Source: a virus | Taxonomy: Duplodnaviria; Caudoviricetes | IMG/VR virus record: IMGVR_UViG_3300025418_000002 | Span: 1 to 57,458 of that record | Direction: 5' to 3' (one strand) | Length of the DNA: 57,458 nt | Made by a program: the position numbers and the translations under genes | In this document: in pieces, positions 9,655 to 16,343 of the stretch | Layout of the letters: each line of letters starts with the position of its first letter | Numbering within the stretch: the stretch's first letter is position 1 | The notes under the pieces: model-generated | What the model saw: only the letters and a program-made list of their open reading frames with translations | Database searches by the model: none | Told to the model about the DNA's origin: nothing

Positions 9655-9798
9655 TCAGTTACAATTCTCTGGCTGAATTAGTGAACACTCAACGACGTAT
9701 TTCATTGGCGCGCATCCTGTTAGGGTTACTGCTGCTCCAAATAACATAAGCACGAAAGCCACAGAATACAAAAGAGCTACGACAGTTTCTCTAACCAT
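9655..9798 (-). CDS. Small putative lipoprotein
   Basis: MVRETVVALLYSVAFVLMLFGAAVTLTG-C: hydrophobic signal plus LTGC lipobox. Confidence 0.5.
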   Translation of the reverse strand: MVRETVVALLYSVAFVLMLFGAAVTLTGCAPMKYVVECSLIQPENCN

Positions 9799-9855
9799 TG
9801 CCGCACCAAGGAAAGAATTGAGGTGCAGTATATCACACCCCAATCCTGTAGTCAT

Positions 9856-10161
9856 TTACGCAAATTCTGATTCTATTTCTTTTGTTGGGTGTGTCGCTCT
9901 ATGAACTGCTGCTTTCCCCAAGGGGGTGTCCGCCAGCATCCCCAGAGCATCCATATAAGTTGCCAAAATAGCTTGTTCCTCGGCACGTTTATTTGCATCC
10001 TGTTTTCTAAGGGCTATCACTTTCTTGATGATTTTAGGGTCAAAGCCTGTTGATTTTGCTTCCGAATATATTTCTTTAATGTCTTCGGCAATGGCGGCTT
10101 TTTCTTCTTCAAGCTTTTCTATTCTCTCGACAAAGGCTTTCAATTGATTGTTCGCAGTCAT
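9856..10161 (-). CDS. gapR: GapR-family (DUF2312) nucleoid-associated protein
   Basis: [48 protein letters not shown]...[15 protein letters not shown] is the GapR signature. Confidence 0.92.
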   Translation of the reverse strand: MTANNQLKAFVERIEKLEEEKAAIAEDIKEIYSEAKSTGFDPKIIKKVIALRKQDANKRAEEQAILATYMDALGMLADTPLGKAAVHRATHPTKEIESEFA

Positions 10162-10345
10162 TTAATTCTTCCTCTATAAGAGAAGCCAGATAGTCGGCTT
10201 TTTTCCGGCAGTAGCTACAGATTTTCTGGCATTGTGTTCCAGGTGGCTTTTTCACCACACGACCATATCCATATCCATCTCGAACTATGCCTGCACCATA
10301 GGCGCACAAACCAACCTCAATAGTGTCCCTTAAATTTTTTTTCAT
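10109..10345 (-). CDS. Hypothetical protein with a CxxxCxxC cluster
   Basis: Probable start MKKNLRDT at 10345; CQKICSYC. Confidence 0.4.
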   Translation of the reverse strand: MKKNLRDTIEVGLCAYGAGIVRDGYGYGRVVKKPPGTQCQKICSYCRKKADYLASLIEEELNDCEQSIESLCRENRKA

Positions 10346-10373
10346 GTCAAACCCACTTTTTTCACTTTTCTGA

Positions 10374-10402
10374 TTGACAGTAAGAAGAAACTTCCCTATA
10401 AC
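10374..10402 (+). promoter_or_regulatory. Sigma70-type early promoter
   Basis: TTGACA-N17-TATAAC upstream of the plus-strand early cluster. Confidence 0.8.
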
Positions 10403-10438
10403 AGTTTCATTGATTGAGATTGAAACGGAGATACGGAA

Positions 10439-10639
10439 ATGAGCATTTGGAGACAAAATACTGACCTGATGTCCCGCTTGGCAGTAGCCCAAAACCATGA
10501 AGCAAACATCAACCAGGATATTACAACATTTGTGGCTTTCTTTAATACCCGCGAAGAGTTACTGCGTCACGTTGAGAGCTATGAACAAAGAGCTGCCAAC
10601 TATATAGCTCCTCAAAAACGCCGCCGCAAAGTAGCTTAA
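10439..10639 (+). CDS. Early hypothetical protein
   Basis: GGAG RBS, follows the promoter, followed by a hairpin. Confidence 0.75.
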   Translation: MSIWRQNTDLMSRLAVAQNHEANINQDITTFVAFFNTREELLRHVESYEQRAANYIAPQKRRRKVA

Positions 10640-10643
10640 AGAT

Positions 10644-10666
10644 AGGGGCTTCGGCCCCTTCCCTTC
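10644..10666 (+). terminator. Intrinsic terminator
   Basis: AGGGGC-TTCG-GCCCCT (C(UUCG)G loop) with a pyrimidine tail. Confidence 0.7.
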
Positions 10667-10675
10667 TCTAACTTT

Positions 10676-10963
10676 ATGGATGTTGACATGTCATACCGAA
10701 CCAGAGAAACCACGGCTTATTTGTTTATGATGGACACTGACTGGGTTGTTACCATTGAATACGAGTTTATTAACTATGGCACCTCTGGCTCCTATTATTC
10801 GCCGGCAGAGGGTCCAGATTACGACATTTGCAGAATCTGGTTATCCCGTGACGAACGAGACAATGAAGGACCAAAGTGGGAAGCCACAGGTGAAATGTTC
10901 TACAATTTAGCAGGCAGGGACAATATTAATACTGCCGTGATTGATGACATTAACTCTTACTGA
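10676..10963 (+). CDS. Early hypothetical protein
   Basis: 95-aa acidic ORF with YxPAEGP. Confidence 0.7.
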   Translation: MDVDMSYRTRETTAYLFMMDTDWVVTIEYEFINYGTSGSYYSPAEGPDYDICRIWLSRDERDNEGPKWEATGEMFYNLAGRDNINTAVIDDINSY

Positions 10964-10973
10964 GGAGGCAGCC

Positions 10974-11129
10974 ATGAAAATCATTACTTACTTTGAAGAT
11001 TGGACAAACGAGTGGTTTGCTTACTACGACGACGACGAACCAGATGATGATGGAAGAATGGATAGATCCTGGGGAGATACAGCAGAAGAAGCAATCCAAA
11101 ACCTTCTAGAAGATTTTCCAAGAAAGTAA
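10974..11129 (+). CDS. Small acidic early protein
   Basis: GAGGAGG RBS before ATG 10974 (MKIITYFEDW...WGDTAEEAIQNL). Confidence 0.7.
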   Translation: MKIITYFEDWTNEWFAYYDDDEPDDDGRMDRSWGDTAEEAIQNLLEDFPRK

Positions 11130-11149
11130 GAAAAAACTTCTAGACACGC

Positions 11150-11177
11150 TTGACATGGGAAAAAACTTCTTTATAGT
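11150..11177 (+). promoter_or_regulatory. Second sigma70-type early promoter
   Basis: TTGACA-N16-TATAGT. Confidence 0.7.
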
Positions 11178-11213
11178 AACAAACATTGGAACACACCAAT
11201 AACCCTTATTGAG

Positions 11214-11513
11214 ATGGAGACTGACATGACAAACAACATTGACACCCTTGCCGACCTCTACGCTGTAGCTAAAGCTGAGATGGATGCTTGCGCCAAGCGT
11301 GTTGAGGAGCTCCGCAAGGAAATCCTTAACACTGGCCACGAAAAGATTAACGGCGCCAACTTCGCTGTTGAGGTTGGTCTTTCTGAGAGAACAACCATTG
11401 ACACCAAACTGGTCCGTCAATTCCTAACAAACGAGGAATTGGCTTCGTGCAGCAAAACAGCTGTAGTCACCACTTTGCGGATCAAAGTCTCTGAGAAAGT
11501 TGCTGCTGCTTAA
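11214..11513 (+). CDS. Early hypothetical protein (N-terminal coiled coil)
   Basis: GGAG RBS before MTNNIDTLAD; lies between a promoter and a terminator. Confidence 0.8.
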   Translation: METDMTNNIDTLADLYAVAKAEMDACAKRVEELRKEILNTGHEKINGANFAVEVGLSERTTIDTKLVRQFLTNEELASCSKTAVVTTLRIKVSEKVAAA

Positions 11514-11517
11514 TAAT

Positions 11518-11540
11518 AGGGAGCTAACGCTCCCTTTTTT
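11518..11540 (+). terminator. Intrinsic terminator
   Basis: AGGGAGC-TAAC-GCTCCCT-TTTTT. Confidence 0.85.
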
Positions 11541-11542
11541 CT

Positions 11543-11776
11543 ATGGAGATGGATATGAAGATTATAACAAACCACAAACCCCTAGATAATTACAAAGACA
11601 ATTCAATGGATTGGTATGTTTACGACGAAGAAGAAATAATAGCCAATCCAATTAATTTTACCATGGGCTATGGCGCTACTGAAAAAGATGCCGTTGCAAA
11701 CTTTATGCATAAAAAAATAAACAAGCTTCTAGACACTATTCCATACTTTAACAAATCAGAGGAACCACCAAAATGA
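11543..11776 (+). CDS. Early hypothetical protein (probable paralogue of 10974..11129)
   Basis: MKIIT...DWYVYD...GYGATEKDAV. Confidence 0.7.
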   Translation: MEMDMKIITNHKPLDNYKDNSMDWYVYDEEEIIANPINFTMGYGATEKDAVANFMHKKINKLLDTIPYFNKSEEPPK

Positions 11777-11895
11777 ACATGCTGATTAACACAGTATTTA
11801 TTGTGGTGTTTACCATTTTTGTTTGCTTGACCTTGGCTGTTGGAACAGTTGCTGGTCTTTGGGTTATTGGAAAGGTTTTATTATGGAATGCATGA
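11773..11895 (+). CDS. 40-aa single-pass membrane protein (not in ORF track)
   Basis: MNMLINTVFIVVFTIFVCLTLAVGTVAGLWVIGKVLLWNA; ATGA overlaps at both ends. Confidence 0.6.
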   Translation: MNMLINTVFIVVFTIFVCLTLAVGTVAGLWVIGKVLLWNA

Positions 11896-12128
11896 AACGC
11901 TTTGTTTTAGGCAAGCTTGATCCTTGCTACGACGTAAACCCTGTGTTGTGGAGAATGTTCTGCGCAATCACTGACAGGCCACTACACACAGTCAGTTTTA
12001 ATTGGACGGAACAAGATGTGATTAACTTTATTATGAGAAGGGCAATGGGCTCCCATGACACAGGAAGAAATGAAAAACATTCTGATACGGACAGAAATAT
12101 CCAAACAGGACCTGGCAACAATTGCTGA
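11892..12128 (+). CDS. Hypothetical protein
   Basis: ATGA-coupled start MKRFVLGKLD. Confidence 0.5.
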   Translation: MKRFVLGKLDPCYDVNPVLWRMFCAITDRPLHTVSFNWTEQDVINFIMRRAMGSHDTGRNEKHSDTDRNIQTGPGNNC

Positions 12129-12282
12129 TGTTACAGTAAGGCAAGTAAACTCGTGGTTTTCTGGAGCCTATAATATCCCTCAGCCAATTGCTTTATTACT
12201 TTGGGGGATTGACCAGCAACAAATATCCAAAGAGTGGCTGGTTAATACTGTAGAATATGAAATCAATCAAAAAATAACATAA
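12055..12282 (+). CDS. XRE/Cro-like helix-turn-helix protein
   Basis: ISKQDLATIADVTVRQVNSWFSGAYNIPQPIALLL. Confidence 0.75.
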   Translation: MTQEEMKNILIRTEISKQDLATIADVTVRQVNSWFSGAYNIPQPIALLLWGIDQQQISKEWLVNTVEYEINQKIT

Positions 12283-12288
12283 AGAAAT

Positions 12289-12314
12289 GGGCCGGGTGAT
12301 GAATCCGGCCCTTT
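12289..12314. terminator. Terminator between converging operons
   Basis: GGGCCGG-N9-CCGGCCC-TTT. Confidence 0.6.
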
Positions 12315-12414
12315 GTCACGCTATGTGTGCTTTCTGTATTCTATGGCAACTCCTGAGTTTTTTTACGACAATAAACACAGGGAGGTTGGCGTTATCCCTG
12401 TGAATATCTTTCAA

Positions 12415-13092
12415 TCAAAACGGAATATCTTCACCCTTTTCCCAATCAAATCCTTCTGGCGGCCCATCTATAGGCGCAGAGCTATCAAAGATTCCTTCAC
12501 CATTTCCTACTGGTGTCTCTAATGGATCTGAGACTTTTAACTTGGTCTTTACTACTTTTGCTCCTGGGAATTCTTTTTTTGCTGTTACAATTTCAGGGAA
12601 AGCAGAAATCATATTGGCTATTTCTTCTAACGTATAAACATTTATTCTGCGTCCTTCAGCCAGGACCCTGTTGGCCATTTGTGGCTCCCTAACAATTGTA
12701 GCCACCGTGCCATCTTCAAGCGCCACTTCCCATATGGCTGGGTCCAGCACCTGTGCGCCTGAGCTGGTTGCCGCTTTGTCGAGCGCCTTCCATGCTTTGG
12801 CCATCCTGGCTGCTTCTCGTTTAACATCCTCTAATTCACCATGCCAACGGGCTTGTGAGGTCAAATATCTCTGCCTGTCGAACTTCTCCCGTAACGAAGC
12901 GTCAACCAGCAGCCTCAGCCTATCACGCCCCCACTTCAGTTCAAGCTCAACTTCTATGGCGTCTGACTCATCCAGGGCTGCCCTGCCAGCAATATAAGTT
13001 CCAGGCGTAACCATCCAAGGAACAGAGGTATAAGAGGACACAACAATCCCCTTATCCACGTTTGATTTCTTTATTTTAGGTTTGTAGGCCAT
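12415..13092 (-). CDS. Hypothetical phage protein with an acidic C-terminal DIPF tail
   Basis: 225 aa; ELKWGRDRLRLLV; ends GEDIPF. Confidence 0.75.
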   Translation of the reverse strand: MAYKPKIKKSNVDKGIVVSSYTSVPWMVTPGTYIAGRAALDESDAIEVELELKWGRDRLRLLVDASLREKFDRQRYLTSQARWHGELEDVKREAARMAKAWKALDKAATSSGAQVLDPAIWEVALEDGTVATIVREPQMANRVLAEGRRINVYTLEEIANMISAFPEIVTAKKEFPGAKVVKTKLKVSDPLETPVGNGEGIFDSSAPIDGPPEGFDWEKGEDIPF

Positions 13093-13141
13093 GTTTTATA
13101 TCCACATCAATTATATTTTTAATTCCATTGTTTCATACAGT

Positions 13142-13411
13142 CTATTTATCCCACGAGAACTTGGGCAGCGTTATATTGGCTTTATTCTTTTTTGCATAGG
13201 ATGTTTTTGTGCTGCTGGTAGCCCGCAACTGCATTTTTAATTTTGTTTTTTCGGCATATTCTGGGTCTTCTTTCATTCTTTTGGAATGGGCTCTAATTGC
13301 GAGAAAAACCTTTTTTTCAGAAAATGAAAGCTTACCCAAACCTAAATTAGGCGCACTGATGGAAATCATATTTGTTGACGCACCAGTTCTTCCAATCCCC
13401 TTTCTTGCCAT
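13142..13411 (-). CDS. Basic hypothetical protein
   Basis: GGAG RBS; ends ITLPKFSWDK. Confidence 0.65.
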   Translation of the reverse strand: MARKGIGRTGASTNMISISAPNLGLGKLSFSEKKVFLAIRAHSKRMKEDPEYAEKTKLKMQLRATSSTKTSYAKKNKANITLPKFSWDK

Positions 13412-13612
13412 ATCAATATCTCCACATTTGTTTACGGATCTATTTAAATTTGCTGCCTTTGTGCGACATACTTACCCAATTTTGTAGCCTTTAGGATACA
13501 TTTTCAATTGTTGTTGTTTAGCGTCATTTGCGGAGAATAGCCATTTTATCCTCCGCACAAACTACGGTCTGATTTATAGAATTTAGTTTCATAGCTCACT
13601 ACGTTTTTATGC

Positions 13613-13806
13613 CAAATGCCACCCCATATTTAGATCATTTGTCAGCTTCGTGGGTCATATTTGATACTTTTGTATTACCAAGACGGCATTTTGCCGTATG
13701 TCAAATATGACATAATCTTTCTTTATGTGGCATTTGTAATATTTCCCGCTCAGTAAAAATATTACATTTTCTTATGCTGAAATTGTTATCTTTACCGTTC
13801 GGTAAA
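13613..13806. repeat. Non-coding array of nested and paired palindromes
   Basis: CAAATGCCAC/GTGGCATTTG, GTCATATTTGA/TCAAATATGAC, ACGGCA-TTT-TGCCGT, TATGTCA-AATA-TGACATA, TGTAATATTT/AAATATTACA, TTTACCG-TT-CGGTAAA. Confidence 0.75.
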
Positions 13807-14049
13807 ATTGTCTTCCTTCTCTCCCAATACTTTACGGGCTTGCCGTAGGTCGCCAATTGTCAATCTGCATGTAGGCGTTTCATCATCTTCCAACTCTGAG
13901 CCAGTGACATACTCGTCGTCTATTCTTTGCGCCTCATCAGCAAACGGCTTTAACGCTGCCTCTAGTTCAGCGATGCGGGTTAATAAGTTAGCTACTTCTT
14001 CTTCTAAGGCGTCAATTTGTTCGTCAGTTGCATAGTTTCCAGCCATCAC
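13792..14049 (-). CDS. Small coiled-coil (RIAELEAAL) accessory protein
   Basis: Start at about 14046-14049, coupled to the upstream stop; RIAELEAALKPFAD...LRQARKVLGEK. Confidence 0.65.
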   Translation of the reverse strand: MMAGNYATDEQIDALEEEVANLLTRIAELEAALKPFADEAQRIDDEYVTGSELEDDETPTCRLTIGDLRQARKVLGEKEDNFTER

Positions 14050-14384
14050 TTCTCTCCCAAAGCGCGGTCTTGCGCCTCCCAATCTGCTGCAGCGTTTCCT
14101 AATACCTTACGGGCTTGGCGCAACCACCCAACAGGAAGACCTGTCTGCAAGCTACTATTATGGTATGGAAAACACGGATTATCATATTCGTTTGCTTTAT
14201 CAGCGAATGGCTCTAACGCTGCCTCTAGTTCAGCGATGCGCATATTCAACATTGTAATTTCAGCTTCCAGATACCATTCTCTGGTTTGTGCATCCATCTT
14301 TTCCACTAGTTCTCTTTGTGCGTCAGTTACTGGTGGCCCATCAAATAATCCCATCAACTTTCTCCAACTCTGATCTTTCCTCAA
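14046..14384 (-). CDS. Small coiled-coil (RIAELEAAL) accessory protein
   Basis: RIAELEAALEPFAD...LRQARKVLG; shares DNA repeats with its neighbour. Confidence 0.65.
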   Translation of the reverse strand: MRKDQSWRKLMGLFDGPPVTDAQRELVEKMDAQTREWYLEAEITMLNMRIAELEAALEPFADKANEYDNPCFPYHNSSLQTGLPVGWLRQARKVLGNAAADWEAQDRALGEK

Positions 14385-14787
14385 GATGATGCAAAATACC
14401 TTCGCCCTCTAACATCAAATAGTCAGGTATCTCTGTCGTCATTGTCAGTTCATTGCGTTTTGCTTCCGGCGAACTGCCGTATTTAAACAACTTTTCCATC
14501 CAATATTCTAACAGCGCAATACGCCTAGACATTTGTTTACGCTTCCAGAGATAAGTGTCACACTCGAATTTCAGTTGATGTTCTAAATCCGCAATCCGCT
14601 CATTAGCCTTTTCTATGTCAGCCAAATATTCCAAAGCCAGTTCCTTTTGCTGCTCCCATAATTCATTCGCACACTTTAGTTCGCGCTGTAAAAGCTCAAT
14701 AGCGTCGGCGGCTTCATTGAGGAAATCTACATACATATTTTCGGCATGTTCCTGCAATCGCTCCACAAGGTCTGTATAGTCAGTCAT
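14341..14787 (-). CDS. Coiled-coil accessory protein
   Basis: DLVERL...EAADAIE.L; ATGA-coupled. Confidence 0.7.
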   Translation of the reverse strand: MTDYTDLVERLQEHAENMYVDFLNEAADAIELLQRELKCANELWEQQKELALEYLADIEKANERIADLEHQLKFECDTYLWKRKQMSRRIALLEYWMEKLFKYGSSPEAKRNELTMTTEIPDYLMLEGEGILHHLEERSELEKVDGII

Positions 14788-14984
14788 TTCGCTACCTCAC
14801 CAATATTAAATTCTGGTTTTTCAAAATAATGTATGCAGTTTTCCTTGCCCAATGATTCATCCCAAAACCATTTAAAGTTTAGATAAGAATTACTATTAGA
14901 GGGCTTTGTTCCACTTTTTTCATGACGGCGGCATAGTGGCGCCATAGGGCAGTCAGGATTTGCGCATAAAGAAAAATCAATCAT
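14784..14984 (-). CDS. Small Cys-rich hypothetical protein
   Basis: MIDFSLC..PDCP....CRR...C..Y; ATGA-coupled. Confidence 0.7.
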   Translation of the reverse strand: MIDFSLCANPDCPMAPLCRRHEKSGTKPSNSNSYLNFKWFWDESLGKENCIHYFEKPEFNIGEVAK

Positions 14985-15163
14985 TTCTTTCCCTCCAACG
15001 CCTTAAATGTATTTAATTCCTCTTCCAATTCAGCAATTCTTTTATCCCGTCTATTTAAGTCATATAGGACCTTGACGCAGATGGATGCGTCACTTGCAAG
15101 GCCGTCTTCTTGAAGGCGTGATATTAAATCAACCAATGCAGGGTAAGTTGGCAGTTTTGTCAT
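14981..15163 (-). CDS. Small hypothetical protein
   Basis: ATGA-coupled; RIAELEE. Confidence 0.6.
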   Translation of the reverse strand: MTKLPTYPALVDLISRLQEDGLASDASICVKVLYDLNRRDKRIAELEEELNTFKALEGKK

Positions 15164-15267
15164 TTCTTAGCCCTTACGGCATGTTTTAGTTTTTTTATTT
15201 TCTTTTTGAGGCGTTTAAGTTCCTCAAAAATCTGTAAAAGGGTAATTTCTTTTTCTTTTTCACTCAT
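15160..15267 (-). CDS. Small basic coiled-coil peptide
   Basis: MSEKEKEITLLQIFEELKRLKKKIKKLKHAVRAKK. Confidence 0.45.
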   Translation of the reverse strand: MSEKEKEITLLQIFEELKRLKKKIKKLKHAVRAKK

Positions 15268-15397
15268 GGCTATCATCCAGCCAATGCCTGAATTGTCTTT
15301 CCTTTGTGGTATGCCGCTTAAACATTTTGGCGACAGAAACCCAAAAGACGCAGACAAGAAATACGACACCCAGGAACCTTAAGACCTGATCCCCCAT
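15260..15397 (-). CDS. 45-aa membrane protein (not in ORF track)
   Basis: GGAGG RBS; MGDQVLRFLGVVFLVCVFWVSVAKMFKR... Confidence 0.5.
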   Translation of the reverse strand: MGDQVLRFLGVVFLVCVFWVSVAKMFKRHTTKERQFRHWLDDSHE

Positions 15398-15427
15398 TTC
15401 AACCTCCATACCAATATCAATATTTAT

Positions 15428-16159
15428 CTATACCTTCACATCATATGGAAGGTAAACATGCTGGCCTTTTATTGCGGCCATCTTGATCCTTCTATGCCTT
15501 ATGGCTTTTGTCAAGAATGATTTGACGTAAGGCCTATTAACCTTGAACTGACTTCTAAAAACAGGAAAGATATTTTCAAAGCTGATAGGTTCCCCGACCT
15601 CCCAACTGACAGCTATTTCTTCAACCAGTTTTCTATCTATTTCTACGTCCGTTTTGTATGTCCGCAGTTTAGCTTTTAAGCTATTTCCCAACTCAGACTT
15701 AAGAAACTTAGTCATCCGTAAACCTACCTCATCCTGTCCCTCCTTAACCGCCTTTTTCCTACCCTTCTTTGGGCAGTCAAATCCATCAGGATAAGGCGCC
15801 GGATTCAGAGTTAGGCCAGTGATAACATCCCCCACCCATTTCAGCATGTCAGGCGCGTATTTGCACAGGTGCCGAAAGTCAGCAGACTTAGAGAAAACGC
15901 CATCCTTAAATCCAAGGTGCCAGGCGCCCTTGCCAGTCCTGCGCCAATTCTCGAAATACAAAACGTAGTTACCCCAGCCAGAGGATTTTCCCCTCGGCTT
16001 GACATGCAAGATCCACTTTCCGTCCCTGTGAATTTCTTTCTGACTGGCGGTTGCGACATATTCCCTGCCGCCAAAAAATACCACCCGCTGATACAATCCA
16101 TTTACCATAAACATATCAAATTCTCCCAAACCATTACACTCAAACAACCCAAAACGCAA
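15428..16159 (-). CDS. Hypothetical protein
   Basis: Long ORF downstream of the primase-helicase; true start uncertain. Confidence 0.65.
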   Translation of the reverse strand: MRFGLFECNGLGEFDMFMVNGLYQRVVFFGGREYVATASQKEIHRDGKWILHVKPRGKSSGWGNYVLYFENWRRTGKGAWHLGFKDGVFSKSADFRHLCKYAPDMLKWVGDVITGLTLNPAPYPDGFDCPKKGRKKAVKEGQDEVGLRMTKFLKSELGNSLKAKLRTYKTDVEIDRKLVEEIAVSWEVGEPISFENIFPVFRSQFKVNRPYVKSFLTKAIRHRRIKMAAIKGQHVYLPYDVKV

Positions 16160-16340
16160 GCCCCCGTGAGCGTAGCGGAGGGGCGCCTTAGCGCCCCCGC
16201 AGCGGAGCGAACTATGCTAAGGTTAGTAACATTGTTTTTTGAGCTTTTCATGTATTTTCCATTTACTTTCAAATATTTAGTTCTCGCTTTTGTTTTACAT
16301 ATATATCCGCGAATACTTTACTTTCAAATACTTATTAATT
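16160..16340. other. Candidate replication origin
   Basis: GC-rich GGGGCGC/GCGCCCC hairpin, AT-rich tract and a 14-bp direct repeat TTTACTTTCAAATA (16262-16275, 16317-16330) directly after the primase-helicase. Confidence 0.4.
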
Positions 16341-16343
16341 TTT

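Noticed and set aside
12055-12282. Lysogeny module
   Set aside because: An HTH gene is present, but I recognise no integrase, CI peptidase domain or ParA. Lifestyle cannot be called.
13613-13806. CRISPR or mini-array reading of the palindrome cluster
   Set aside because: There is no constant direct repeat with unique spacers; the units are different dyads.
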